Source: the human T2T-CHM13v2.0 reference genome, Homo sapiens
Direction: 5' to 3' (one strand)
DNA: 64,000 bases
Assembly (NCBI RefSeq): GCF_009914755.1
Contig: NC_060942.1
Shown: piece by piece, positions 14,220 to 26,406 of the stretch
Position numbering within the stretch: the stretch's first letter is position 1
Layout of the letters: each line of letters starts with the position of its first letter
The notes under the pieces: generated by a model
Database searches by the model: none
Seen by the model: only the letters and a program-made list of their open reading frames with translations
What the model was told of the DNA's origin: nothing
Position numbers and translations under genes: made by a program

Positions 14220-15630
14220 AGAGAGCTATTTCTTCTCTCTCCAGGCTCTCACTGTGTGCTGTCTGTGAACTGGGCACAAGGACACAGAGGTGAATGAGAC
14301 TGGCAGGGTCCCTGCTCTCCTGGAGCACAGTTCGGTGAGATGTGCACAACTCACCGAAGGACACAGAGGGCTCAGGGCCCACCTCCATCTTGTGGGCTTC
14401 ATGATGAAGACAGAGCTTTTCCCACAGATTCATCTGCCTCTGGTTAGCTTAGGGAAGGCTGCCTGAGTCAGCAGCAGGGCAGACTAATAACCTCCCGAAG
14501 TAACTTCTCATGAGACGCGGCCCTGGCTGATTGAGTTTGGCAGGAATTCCGAGACATTCCAATATCTGCACAAAGGGCAGACCCTCGCCCCAGCCAGGCT
14601 GACCTCAGCCTCCCCCCTCCCAATAGATAATTACGCCTCTAGGTCTCCAAAGCAAGCCCTGTTGTGGGTAACCCTTGGAAGTGACATGCTGTTTTCTGAT
14701 GGGAATTAAAAGGTCTAGAGTGGCCAAAAGGCTTCTCAGCAGGAGGGTTTGTTATTCTTTTAATTGTGGCATTAAACCTCAGGCTGGAATTGCATCAACA
14801 TTCATGCTGCTATCCAGCTTGCCGAATTTGCTTCTTTTGACAGACTTTATCATGGCCAGGTCCAGTCTCACCCGGCGGTGAAGGCGGCCACCAATGCTTG
14901 GCTGGAAGTTGTAAATCTTGGAACTCGAGGAACTCCCTACCCTGACCCTCCCTCCAGGACTTTCTGTCCTTTTGGCTGATGCCTGGAATTCTACCTTTGG
15001 GACTTCAGGGCATTCCACTGAAAACTTTAATCTCTCTTTCCCTGGGAGAAAATATTAGCTTAAGTTCATAGGGGTACAAAAAATAGAAGTTCACTGGTTA
15101 TAGAGAACAATTAGAAAACAAACAGCTTGCTCAAGGGGGCAAGGGATATAAGAATAAGGTGCTTATTGTAACTGCTGTAGAAGATTGTTGAACTGGAATT
15201 TACAAATCAATGCCATATCTTAACTTTGACATCTTAAATTAGATATCTTAACTCCATAATAATAATAATAACTAATAATTAACACAACATCTAGATTCAG
15301 TCTGTTTCCTACTTCATTTTATGGAATGGAATAGGATATATATTTCCCAATTGCAATCCTATTCTGTAAAAGAACTGTTACCTAACAAAGCCTACATCAC
15401 ACAGTTCCGGGTTGCTCCAAGGCCTCTGAAACATCTTTGAGATTGTCCATCTCATTTCACAGCTGATGCAAACAGAGTCCCTGTTCCCCAAGTGAGACAC
15501 ACTTCACCTTTCATACCATTAAATACTATGATTTTTGAATGAATAATGATCCTCTTTAAAAATTACACATCCATTGTTTACATGTACCCAGTGTCAAACT
15601 CCATCTAACTCCCCTATGATAGCATTTGTC

Positions 15631-15860
15631 TTCATTCATTCATTCATTCATTCATTCAGCCTATTTACCAACTGTCAAGTACAGCATAGACACTGGTGGA
15701 AAGCAAAGGTCCCAAACCAAGTTCACAGTCCAGAGGTGAAATAGACATTAGTAAGTAAAACAGCCCTATAACTGTTGGAGCTGAGTCATGTCAGAGAGAA
15801 CCCAGAGGAAGAGACTTGTTAACTTGCCTGGGGTCGCTGGAAAAGCTTTACAGAGGAGTG
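15631..15860 (-). mobile_element. L2 3' end with (TTCA)n tail
   Basis: (ttca)n followed by tatttaccaactgt...agcatagacactgg, a typical L2 3' terminus read on the minus strand. Confidence 0.6.
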
Positions 15861-17357
15861 GCTCAAACTGCTGGTGTCTGGACTTGGCCACTGATAGGGA
15901 TAAAGACCAGAGTTGGCCCTTCCTCTGTGTTTTCAGAAAAAGACGGATAATCTAGGTGACTAAAATTGAATTTTTTTTCTAATTCTTTTCTTAGAAAAAA
16001 AGAGCAGGAGGACCTCAGGTTTTCTGATACCTCTTCAACAGAGGGCCACCTTAGCTCCTTCTCCCTGGAGAGCAAAGGCCAGGGCAAGCAAGCTGTTTTG
16101 CACAGGTGTCAGGGAAAACGAGATGTGTCCACTGTGATTCTGGTTAAGCTGAGAGCCCCAGCTGGCAAGGGGCCAGCCTGGTGGCATGCAAGTAATATAA
16201 TACACAATCTAAATGCAAGCATTTGTGGCCTGTTTGGGGAATCAATTAACAATAAGCATATACATCCATTTACAAAATAGCAGTGTGCTAGAGTATACCC
16301 ACACTGTAATTGGAAACTAAAATAATACCAGGAGGAATAATCATTTTAAAAAATCCTCCAAAAAGCCAAGAGTAATACTAAGAAAATAAAATAAAAAATG
16401 TCGTCCATCTGCAGAGTTATATCCTTAGGGAAGCACTGCAGAGCGCACTAACAAGCAACTGAATCCATGTATAAATGAACAGAAACCCATGAAGGCAACA
16501 GAAGGCAAGGTGGGGTGTGGAAGGAAAAAAATATCCCTGGTAGATTAGCTACCCCTGAATCAAGCAGAGTTCCATTTGATTGCTTCTTGTAGGAGATGGA
16601 ATGCTCCAAGGCCAGGCATGACCCTCAGGGGAAATTATTCTTTATCTGCCCATTCACAGAGTCTCCAGTGTTGGTTTTGAACTTGGATCCTCCTTTCCCA
16701 CTTCAGCACCCCCATGCCCATGCGTGAGCATGAGCACACACACATACACCTCACTCACTCACCCCTGGGGGAATCCCAGACACATAATTTACTGTTAGCT
16801 GCTAGCTGAGGAAGATTCCCTGCCAGAGAACTAATTGGAAAAAGGGGGCAGAGTAAGCACGAAGAAGGAGGAGAGAGCTCATATAAACCCCAACTTGTGC
16901 ACTTGGCAATCAAAAAGGGGCTAAGCCAAAGATCTCCTGTCTGATAATTTTAAGAAATTAAGCTAAAGGCTCAGAGAAATTCCACCCGTGCTGTTACTCC
17001 GGGATCTGCTCATCCCCTGGAGCCTGTGGTTTAGCAGCCCTTTGTGAGATCGCTCTGGGTTCTACACTAAGGGGAGGTCTCTGAAGGAAACCAGAATCAG
17101 ATGGGACTCCTACACTAGGAATTAACAGGCTGGTGCCACCAACTACCTGGCAGTGGTATCAGGCTACTCTGGGTGTTAGCAGGCCCTTGCATACATGGAT
17201 GGGAGCTAGCAGCTACTGCCACTTTCACACACCAGAAATCACAGCTGTGGTGTGCTTAGATCTCTTTGGGCCAATGGGCATGTCTTGTACGTACCATTTG
17301 GTTGAAGTACGTAGAGGGTGGAAACCATATTTGGTATGTCTTTAGAAAGTTAAAAAG

Positions 17358-17612
17358 ATGCTTTAGCCATATTCTTGGAATGAGTCATTCAACCATGTTG
17401 GACTCAGTACCTAGCACTATTCCCTGCTTCAGTGCAGAGAATCAAGATGTGGTTTTTGCAGAAGCAGAGCCCATCATCAAATAGATATTGAGTCCCTACC
17501 AGGTATAAAGCCTCAACTAAAATCTCAAAAATTCCTTTCAGGAATATGAGTGTGCTACATGTGACTGTTGGCAGATCACCTGATGGAGACTTAGGATAAT
17601 GGGTGGTGCAGG
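17358..17612 (+). repeat. Local inverted duplication B, left arm (partner 18306-18536)
   Basis: cttggaatgagtcatt, ggactcagt.cctagcac, aatcaagatg, agcccatcatcaaa, ttgagtcccta.cagg, taaagcctcaactaa and tgactgttg.cag.tcac all appear reverse-complemented, in order, at 18306-18536. Confidence 0.9.
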
Positions 17613-17889
17613 CTGCGAGTCCATGGGCATGCCTTAAACACACCCTTACCTTATGTCCCCCTGTCCCTGACCCAGTGCCCGCAACTGGGCTTTTACATGG
17701 TACTAAGCACTAAATAAATACCTTTTGAATGATGGACTAAATGCATTTAAAGTTGCATTTATTTCTGTTCTTTTTGATTAAAATGTATGGAATAAACTTT
17801 GCATGTCAAATGAGCTAGATCTTTATAGAGAAGTGTTTTTCTGGGCGTTTCCATCCTAAGGAGGTATGGCCCATGAGACAAGAAGCAAC

Positions 17890-18120
17890 ATGGTGTCCTG
17901 GAAAGAGCATGAAATTTCAGCATCAGAAAATGTGGGTTCTCACACATCTAGCTGTGTGACCTAGGGCAGTTACCTCAACCTCTGGGAACATCTATTTCTT
18001 CCTCTCTAGACCAGAGAGAACAATCTATCTAATTTGTGGGTTACCATGAGAAGATAAGGGAAAGGCTTACTAAGTGGCAAAGCCCAGGGCATATACAAGC
18101 TGTTAGGATCATGATTATTA
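17890..18120. mobile_element. MIR element in the spacer of inverted repeat B
   Basis: ctagctgtgtgacctagggcagttacctcaacctctggg...tgtgggttaccatgaga. Confidence 0.7.
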
Positions 18121-18305
18121 TTATGACCGAAAGTCTGCACAGGTGACAGGGCCTTGGTGATTGGGTGCTTCCCCAGCAGTGGGAATGGGTGGGCCTTCCT
18201 CCTCCCACCAGGTCCTCTGAGATACGCTAGAATCTTAACAGCTGGCCCAGGCAAGAGTAGTGTCTATGACCATCCAACAGGCCCACCTATGGCCTGGAAA
18301 CATGA

Positions 18306-18536
18306 CCTGCACCTCCCATCACCTCAGTTCTACATCAAGTGACCTGTCAACAGTCATATTTTTTAAGGGAATTTCTGAGAGCTTAGTTGAGGCTTTAACC
18401 TGATAGGGACTCAATGCCAGTTTGATGATGGGCTTTGCTTCTACATCATCTTGATTATCCTTACTGATGGAGAGTTGTGCTAGGCACTGAGTCCGACAGG
18501 GTTAAATGACTCATTCCAAGCTTACAGCCAAAGCAT
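18306..18536 (-). repeat. Local inverted duplication B, right arm
   Basis: Its reverse complement aligns to 17358-17612 with two small indels. Confidence 0.9.
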
Positions 18537-18920
18537 ACTTGCAGTTTCTGGCATTGTGCTAAGGACTACTGGGAATGCAGAATACATAACTCAGAAAGAG
18601 TGCACAGGGTTAGGGATAGAGACTCACACAAGACAGACACTCAGTAACTGGATAGTACCATAAGCAGGATACAGCTCAGGGACCAGAGAGAGTAACACAA
18701 GAAAGGTACAAAAAAGACTTGGAAAATTGAGAGAAGCCAGAAAGAAGAGAGAGGACATTTAGATATGAGGTATAACTTTGGAAAAGACCTTCAGAAAGTA
18801 ACCCTGTTTCCTTTTTCATTTTTTTTCTTTTTTAAATAAAATTACCTTTCGAGGAAACAGATTTACATATGAGATTATGTCTGGCTCAAGTGACCTTTAA
18901 AATCCATTGTATTCCATAAA

Positions 18921-19060
18921 CCAGCAAGTCGCAAGATTTAATGTGCATCAGAATCACTTGGTGAGTGTGTCAAAAATGCAGGTTCCCACAGAATCAGAAT
19001 CTCTGGAGCTGGCCCTCATAAATGCATTTGTTCTAAACAGCCAAGTGATTCTGGGACTCA
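18921..19060. mobile_element. MER5A-like hAT-Charlie MITE
   Basis: gtgcatcagaatcacttgg...aaaaatgcaggttcc...gaatcagaatctctgg...tgcattt...caagtgattctg. Confidence 0.7.
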
Positions 19061-19199
19061 AGCTGAGGGAGGCAGGAAGGGGTGTGGCTGATTGTGAGTG
19101 GGCATATTCATCCAGAAAGTAAGAGGTATTTTCCCAGAGGCCTATGGGGTAACTGGCCTTAGACATCGTTACTCTTTGAGCTATGTTTCATTTGAGGGC

Positions 19200-19420
19200 A
19201 GCTTGCCATGGAGGAAAGCGTGCTGGACTGGGAGTCAGCAGACTCATGTTCTAATCCTGCCTGGACTATTTGCCCCTTGGGCAATCTAAGGCAGTCTAAG
19301 GCAGTTATGTGCCTTTCTGACCTTCAGTTTGCACATCATATCAGTGGAGATCACCATCCTTCACGTGGGGTTACTGTGGATTTCAAATGGGAGCATGCAT
19401 GTTAAAGCACCTTAAGAAAT
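19200..19420. mobile_element. MIR element
   Basis: gtgctggactgggagtcagcagac...ttctaatcctg...ccttgggcaa...ctgaccttcagttt...atgttaaagcacct. Confidence 0.7.
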
Positions 19421-20480
19421 AGAAAGTGCTGTAGGAAAGTTGGCAGCGTCAAGTTCTGGGTATGATGTGTTGTGAAAAGGAGGCATTTTTTTATGTTTAG
19501 CCTTGCTATCCAAAACAGCTAAGCCCTAGAAGCATAAACACTATTAGCCCATGAGAAAATGTCCAGCTTGCAGTAATAAACTCGAGAAGGTAACCCCGGA
19601 AGGTGCACCCTTGACATTGCAGACCTGGGAGAGTTTGAGCCCTGCCATCCCCAGAGCGGCAGCTTCCCGGCACCATCCCTCAGTCCCTGCCTCTCATTCT
19701 GCTGGAGATGGCCCCGAGCTCAGGGCGGGAGCAATCCTACATAACTCACTACCCAGAATGGAAATGCCACATAGCACATTTAATTCTGCACTGACAGTTC
19801 TCGGGAAACAGGCCTAGTTCTCCATCGACCTCTAAAATAGATGATGGTTTTGGTAATAGCACTTTCTTCAGGAAATTCCATTCATGTTCATTCATTTATT
19901 TTAGACCACAAATATTCATGAATTTTGTACAGTGTGCTTGTTATTGTGGTTGTTGTTTGTTGCGTGAAGATTTCTGTTTGCTTGCTTGCTCACTTTACTC
20001 AGGCTCTCATTGGATTCCCCAATTCTTATTAACATGTGGATCATTAGAAAATCATATCACCAAACCAGCTATACCCTGTTGCCTTGGGCAATAGAAGTCA
20101 GAGGCCATTTTGCTGAGGACACCTGGTTTAAGCATCTGGGTTGCCAGGGGTTCCCATTTCTGCTAAGTTCCAACGCAGAGCATGCCATGGCTTGGCACGC
20201 ATGCAACCAAAAAACTGATCTCTCCAAGTCATGGGTGAGAGGGCAGAGTGTCTTACCATGACCCCATAAGTGGTCTACGGCAAGCTGTAGTCTGCACTGG
20301 TCACTGGTGGGGTGTGGGGTGGGGGTTCTCCACTTTCTCAGCTGGTGAGAATTGTAGTTTACACTCAATTTGAGAAAAGGATTAAATAAACAAAGGAGGG
20401 AAATGCCAAGAAAGTTCCTCCAGCCCCAGCCCCTATGCTGAGTCTGGATAACCCAGCCAGACACCTTGAGATGTGGATAA

Positions 20481-20853
<373 letters not shown>

Positions 20854-21089
20854 ACTAGTTATCATTCTTTAACCCCACGAAATCTCCCCTGTCTTTGGAG
20901 ACCCAGTGCAAATGATACATCCTGCCTGTAACCCTCCCCACCTGAGACCTGCCTTTGCTCTGACACAGCAACTGCCTGGATCTCCACTGAGGGCTTCCTT
21001 TAAGGGCACTATTTCACTTTTCCCAGGTCGTCCAGATCTCTGGCCACATTTGTTGAGAACTTACCCTACACTAGGCTGTTTGTGTGCCT

Positions 21090-21380
21090 TTTACTGTTTA
21101 ACCCTCACATCTGTCCTTTGAAGAAGATTTTGTCATCATTTTCAGATAAGAGAATGAGAGATGCAGAAAAATTAAGAAAGTTGCCCCAAAGACACATAAT
21201 TTGTAAAGTACGGAGTTGAATTGAACCTCAGGACTGGACACAAAACTGGAGCTCACCTGAATACTCTGGGCTGCCTCTAATACCTGTCTTTCCTGGCTAT
21301 TGTAAGGATTGGCAGTAACAAGTATAAAGCACCTGGATGGAGCCTGGTCCTTAGTGGGTGCTCAATAAGTGATCCTTATT
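21090..21380. mobile_element. MIR fragments
   Basis: tttaaccctcaca...cattttcagataagagaatgagagatgcagaaaaattaagaaagttgccccaaag. Confidence 0.55.
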
Positions 21381-22188
21381 ACTACTATTACTTATTCTTT
21401 ACTATTCTCAGCCTTAGACTGTGAGACTTGACTGTTTACAGACCTGTTTTCCTCTTGAACCTTGCATGGAGAGTGTATTTTATTCACTTAGTGCCCTCAA
21501 CACCTCAACAAGTGTCTGGCTACCCAATGTTTTGTACTGATGAGGTCCTCAATAAATGCTTGTTCAATCCCATTGCACTGCATTCAACTCAGCTGGGACT
21601 TGAAGACCCAGTAGGGTGTGAATAGAATGCAAGAAAGAAAAGACAAAGGCAGTGAGAGGGATGTGCCCTTGATGGGGTGTGGGACCAGCCCAGCTGGACC
21701 TGAGGTGAGAGGAAGGGTTGGACACTGGCCTCAAGGAAGCCCAGAGCAGCCTGATCACCTATGGTAGGCAAGGTACCCTGAACATAGTTCCCTATCCAGC
21801 CCTATATATCCACATCAGAAGGCCAACAGATGACACATACACATGAAACTTTGGCATTTCATTCTTCTTAGTTCAGGGCTCATTTAGAGAAATGGGTAAG
21901 TGACAATCTTCATGGAAAGAACACAGGACCGTATACGAAAACACACAGGTGTAGACCTAACTGCTAAGCCTTTAAATGCCTCACCTGCCTTATCTGGCCT
22001 CAGCTGCTCCATATGAAAAATGAGATAGAGGCACCATGGCCCCACCAGCCCCTGCCCTTTTTCCTGCCCCATTTTCTCCTCACCCTAGCATTTGGAGTTG
22101 AAGGAAAGTTTTCTCCCAACTTTGGTGAGATTTCTGGTAGGACTAATTCAGGAGACTTAAAGCATCTCCTTATTATCAAGATGAAATG

Positions 22189-22353
22189 TTGAAGTCAAAT
22201 TTGAAACTACAGGGATAATATAGAAAGCTTATGGGCAGCTTTTAATATCCACCTCCCTATTTAAATCTAGAACAATCTTATGCCTTCCAGATAAAAAGGA
22301 TACCTCTTGGGGGTAATTCCCAAGATGTTTTTGAAATCTTTGCATATAGACAC
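22189..22353 (+). repeat. Local inverted duplication C, left arm (partner 25413-25578)
   Basis: Manual alignment to the reverse complement of 25413-25578 gives about 21 differences in 166 columns (about 87% identity). Confidence 0.95.
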
Positions 22354-22372
22354 ACACACACACACACACACA
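22350..22372. repeat. (CA)n microsatellite
   Basis: acacacac... tract. Confidence 0.95.
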
Positions 22373-24229
22373 AAACTCTCCTCCCTTCAGCTCCTTGTCC
22401 ATCCTATAAAAATTTTCTCTCTGACCTACCTGGGGTATTTTCTTTAATGTGGCTGCTATTGGTAATGAATCAAATGCAGTATCTTGCAGTTAATCATAAA
22501 ACTAAGCAAATGAAACAAGACTTCATGGGCCCATCCTTGGACTTCTGTCTCCCTGACTCCTCTTTTGGGAAAGGTTGAGTGGATTAGGCTTGAAGTGAAT
22601 GACTGTAGTGCTGCTGGTGCATCCACCATGCATGTCTTGAAGAATGTCTCCTACCACTTCCAAGATCCCTAGAGATATGCAGCTTAGATATGCCTTGGCT
22701 CCATTTCCCTTTATTACTGGTTATTAACTCCTTTGACTTGTTCTGAACATGTGCCAAAGCCCTTGGCCCAGACACAGAAATGGCTTTTATTAAACACTAG
22801 TGATAAAAATATGCTTATATCACCCATGATGATTTCAAAATGCTCACAAACTTAACTATTTTCAATGCATTCCAATTAGCATTTGGTAGATCTGCCCAGG
22901 AGTTATCATCATCACATTTTAGATGATGCTTCCTAAGAGCAGGAGTGTATTTTCTGTTTGTGTCCATATGAACTGGGACCCATGAACATACAATGGGTCA
23001 CAATGCAATAGCAACTCCCCATTTACAGTTGTACAAATTCAAATTTGCAGGAGATGTGCTGTTTTTAAAGTAGTTGGTGGTGGCCATTTTGTTTCTAGGT
23101 GTTTGCTGAGACATGATGGAATTCCAGGTGCATCTTCAGACTCTTTCATAGTGTAACAAATCTCAGCAAAATCAATTCAGTAGCTCAAAGGGTATTTGTA
23201 AGCAAAAAGGCAAGAAAATTTAAAAGTGCTAAATGGTAAATAAAAGCATCATTTTACTTGGTTAAATAAAGAAAGAAGGCAGTAAGGTATTGGAACGTTC
23301 CCCACATAAGGGATAGCTTCAGAGAAAATGAATTTACATTGTGGCTATAAGTATCTGGGTTATGCAGGGAAAGTCTTTAGTGCAGCGTATCTTAGCTTGC
23401 ACAACCATTCTCTTCCCAACAGTGACCCCTCATGGTTTTTAGTCACTGGAATTCCCTGTCCAGCTGAAGGTAATAAAAAATCCTCTTAGCTGCTATGATC
23501 TGAGAGAACCTTGTGTGATACGGCCAGAAGTCACTGTCAGGATGCCTTGAGGCTGCAGCAAAATGTTCATTCCTAATTCTGGTGCCTGAGAGGCAGGCTT
23601 TTCTGAAGGCATTAACCAATAGGTTGGTGCTTTCAGACATCCTACCAATCAAAAACACCAGACTAAGTCTGCTTGGCACTATGGATATGGAAGAAAGAAT
23701 CACAGGATATCTGAGTCAAGTAGCTTGTAATTTACTTGGAAAGATAAAGAAACTAACCAGAAAATCCAGTAAATGGAAAACAGTAGGGCCAAGCTATTGC
23801 TTCTGATAAGAAGTGATTTTGGAGTGAACTTGAGAGGTCAGTGAGGGATCATAGGGTGTATAATATTAGAGAACTGAGTCATATAGAGGGGGAAGATGGG
23901 TAGAATTCTGACTTAGCTGGAACAGAAAGTTCGTGGGGAAGAGGAAGGGGAAATACATTGTGGACAAGCAGAATGGAACAAGATTGTAAGGCCTGAGCCA
24001 GGCAAAGTAGGGTGGGTTCTTTTCTAATAGTCTGGATCAGGAAATTTATGGACAAGGAGGGAGTTGCTAAGAAATTCACCATGACCCCACAAAGAGCATG
24101 AATAGAGAAAACTTAATCATGGAAGGAGGAATCAGACAGGAAGAAGATTCTTGAAAATCAGAATAAGGGACATTGGATGGATAATAATGGAAGGCTATAA
24201 ACAAAAAATGTCAGACCTACAAGGATCTT

Positions 24230-24345
24230 AGATGTAATCTACCAAAACCTTCATTTTTTAGACCAGAAAAGTAAGGCCCAGAGAGGGGCATGACTTGCCC
24301 AAAAGTCACATAGCTGGTCAATGACAGAGCTAAGATCTTCCAGTA
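24230..24345. mobile_element. MIR fragment
   Basis: aaggcccagagaggggcatgacttgcccaaaagtcacatagctgg. Confidence 0.7.
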
Positions 24346-24824
24346 TCTGTTCCCAAGAATCTTCCAAGAAAAGGAAGTTTGGCTGTCTGTCCTGGAGAAT
24401 TTAGGTGCTCCCTGTTCTGATGAGAAGCGTTGGGATGGCAGATTTATCAAGGTTCTGTTGAGCAATAGAATCCTGAGCCCTTAGGTGGCACCTCTCAGCT
24501 CCCGAGATGACGCTAACAAATCCAAGACTTGAGATGATTAGGAGTAAAGTTGCCTTTATGATCCCATTTTTTATCTCAAAAATCTTAACTCACACCCCTT
24601 TAGATGTCTCATTTATTATAGATGATGTTGATGGTGTTAGAGAAAACAGCTTAAGATAAAAGCAAGAAGACAGGCTTCCCTTAAAGTTAGCAATAGCAAT
24701 AGAATTACATAAATTACTCAACTTATGCCTTAACCTATTCAACTTTTTGCAAAAAGAAAGACAACATTTAGAGAAAATAAATACATTCAAGTCTTTTCTA
24801 CAGACTCATGATATGGGAAGGATG

Positions 24825-25030
24825 TGGCATTTGGAGTCCAAAGTCTCAGGTTAAGTTCTAGCCTGGATACTTATAGCAGCCATGTCCATTAGGCAAATCG
24901 TTTGTTCTAAGTCTATTTTTCTCAACTGTAAAGTTCAGTATCTAAGTCATAGAATTGTGAGGATTAAATGCAATGATATATTTTTAAGTGCTTTACAAAT
25001 CTATAAATGGACATACAAATGTGAATGATT
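24825..25030. mobile_element. MIR element
   Basis: tttggagtcca...tttctcaactgtaaag...agaattgtgaggattaaatgcaatgatata...aagtgcttt. Confidence 0.65.
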
Positions 25031-25412
25031 ACAGTTCATAACTCTTGTCTACTATGCACAATTTCTCTCCTAGAAAGCTATTCTTGTGACCAAATCAACA
25101 GCTCTTTCCAAGAAAAAAAGACCTTATTGATGTGAAGTCTTGACACTGCCTCCTGGGAGCATCGTCCTGTAATCAAGGGCAGAAAACTCTGTGTGTGTAC
25201 ATGTGTGTAAATGCATGTGTGTGCCCATAGGGCCACCATTAGGCTAAAAGGCCCTTATGACATCCATGTGGGAATTATTTCCTCCTCCCTCCAGGCAGAT
25301 GCAGCCCCATGCTAACTTGTGGAACAGGTTTGGTTTCAGGCCGCACTTACTCTTTTGACCAAAGTTACAACTGTTCACAACACCTGTGTGTGTGTGTGCG
25401 GGGGGGGGGGGG

Positions 25413-25578
25413 GTGTCTATATGCGAAGATTTCAAAAACATATCAGAAATTACTCCCAAGAGGTATCCCTTTTTATCTGGAGGGCATAACATCGTTCTAG
25501 ATTTATACAAGGAGGTGGATATTTAAAGCTGCCATTAATCTTTCAATATCATTCCTGTAGTTTCAAATCTGACTTCAA
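25413..25578 (-). repeat. Local inverted duplication C, right arm
   Basis: See 22189-22353. Preceded by (TG)n plus a G14 run, mirroring the (CA)n beside the left arm. Confidence 0.95.
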
Positions 25579-25790
25579 AATTGATGTAGAAAAAGACTCA
25601 CTGACATCCTGACATCTCAGGATCCTACCTGTCACTTTACCTGGACTAAAGACCTTCGAACATCCATGCTGTCCAGGGGCACTCACCCCACAGGGTCATA
25701 AATCACAAATAGTTGTTCTTTATTTCAGTTTACTTCATGAATTAATTATGCAGCCAATAGGAACCCCATTTTTCCACCTCCCCCCGAATT

Positions 25791-25793
<3 letters not shown>

Positions 25794-25823
<30 letters not shown>
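25794..25823. repeat. (AC)15 microsatellite
   Basis: Perfect AC tract. Confidence 0.97.
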
Positions 25824-25825
<2 letters not shown>

Positions 25826-25968
25826 GGCTCAGTCAAACCCTGATAGGTTCCATCTGAACCAGAACTATGGAAGATGGTGGAGATACACAGATGAACAAGC
25901 CCTGATCCTGGCACTCAAGTTACTTAGAGTCTCAAAATCTATTCAGTTAATTGAAAAAAAGTTAAATC

Positions 25969-26406
25969 TGTGCTAGATAGCACCCAAGGATGGCTGCTAT
26001 CAATTCTTCCTTTCCCTATGTGCTCCTATCATCAAGAAGCAGAGGCTAGTTCACCCACTCTGGGGCTGGCCTCGTGACTTTGTTTGACCAATAAACTATG
26101 TATGGTAAACATGGCACTGTGCCAATTTCAAGTTTAGACTAGAAGCTTCCACTTTTCTGCTTTCTGGGGAAGCCAGCGGCTATAAAGAAGCATAGGCTAG
26201 ACTTCTGAGGGGTCAGATGCCACATGGAGAAAGAGAGGCCACATGGAGTAAAATCAAGACACCTTCCAGCCCTACCATCAGCTGAATGCAGCTAAGTGAC
26301 CTGAGGGAACAAAAGAGCCTCCCAGCCAAGAGCCCTGCTCAAATTGCTGACTTGCAGAATCATGAGAAAAACGTAGTTTGGGGCTGTTGGTTAGGCAGCA
26401 ATAACA
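25969..26406 (+). mobile_element. Old MaLR LTR, MLT1H/G-like
   Basis: ctggggctggcctcgtgactttgtttgaccaata...gagaggccacatggag...cagctgaatgcagc...cccagccaagagccctgctcaaattgctgac...agaatcatgag...tttggggctg...gcagcaata. Confidence 0.75.

Noticed and set aside
16702-16718. REST/RE1 left half ttcagcacc
   Set aside because: The right half (GGACAG) is missing.
24477-24492. CTCF-like gcccttaggtggcac
   Set aside because: Two mismatches in the core; not supportable without ChIP data.
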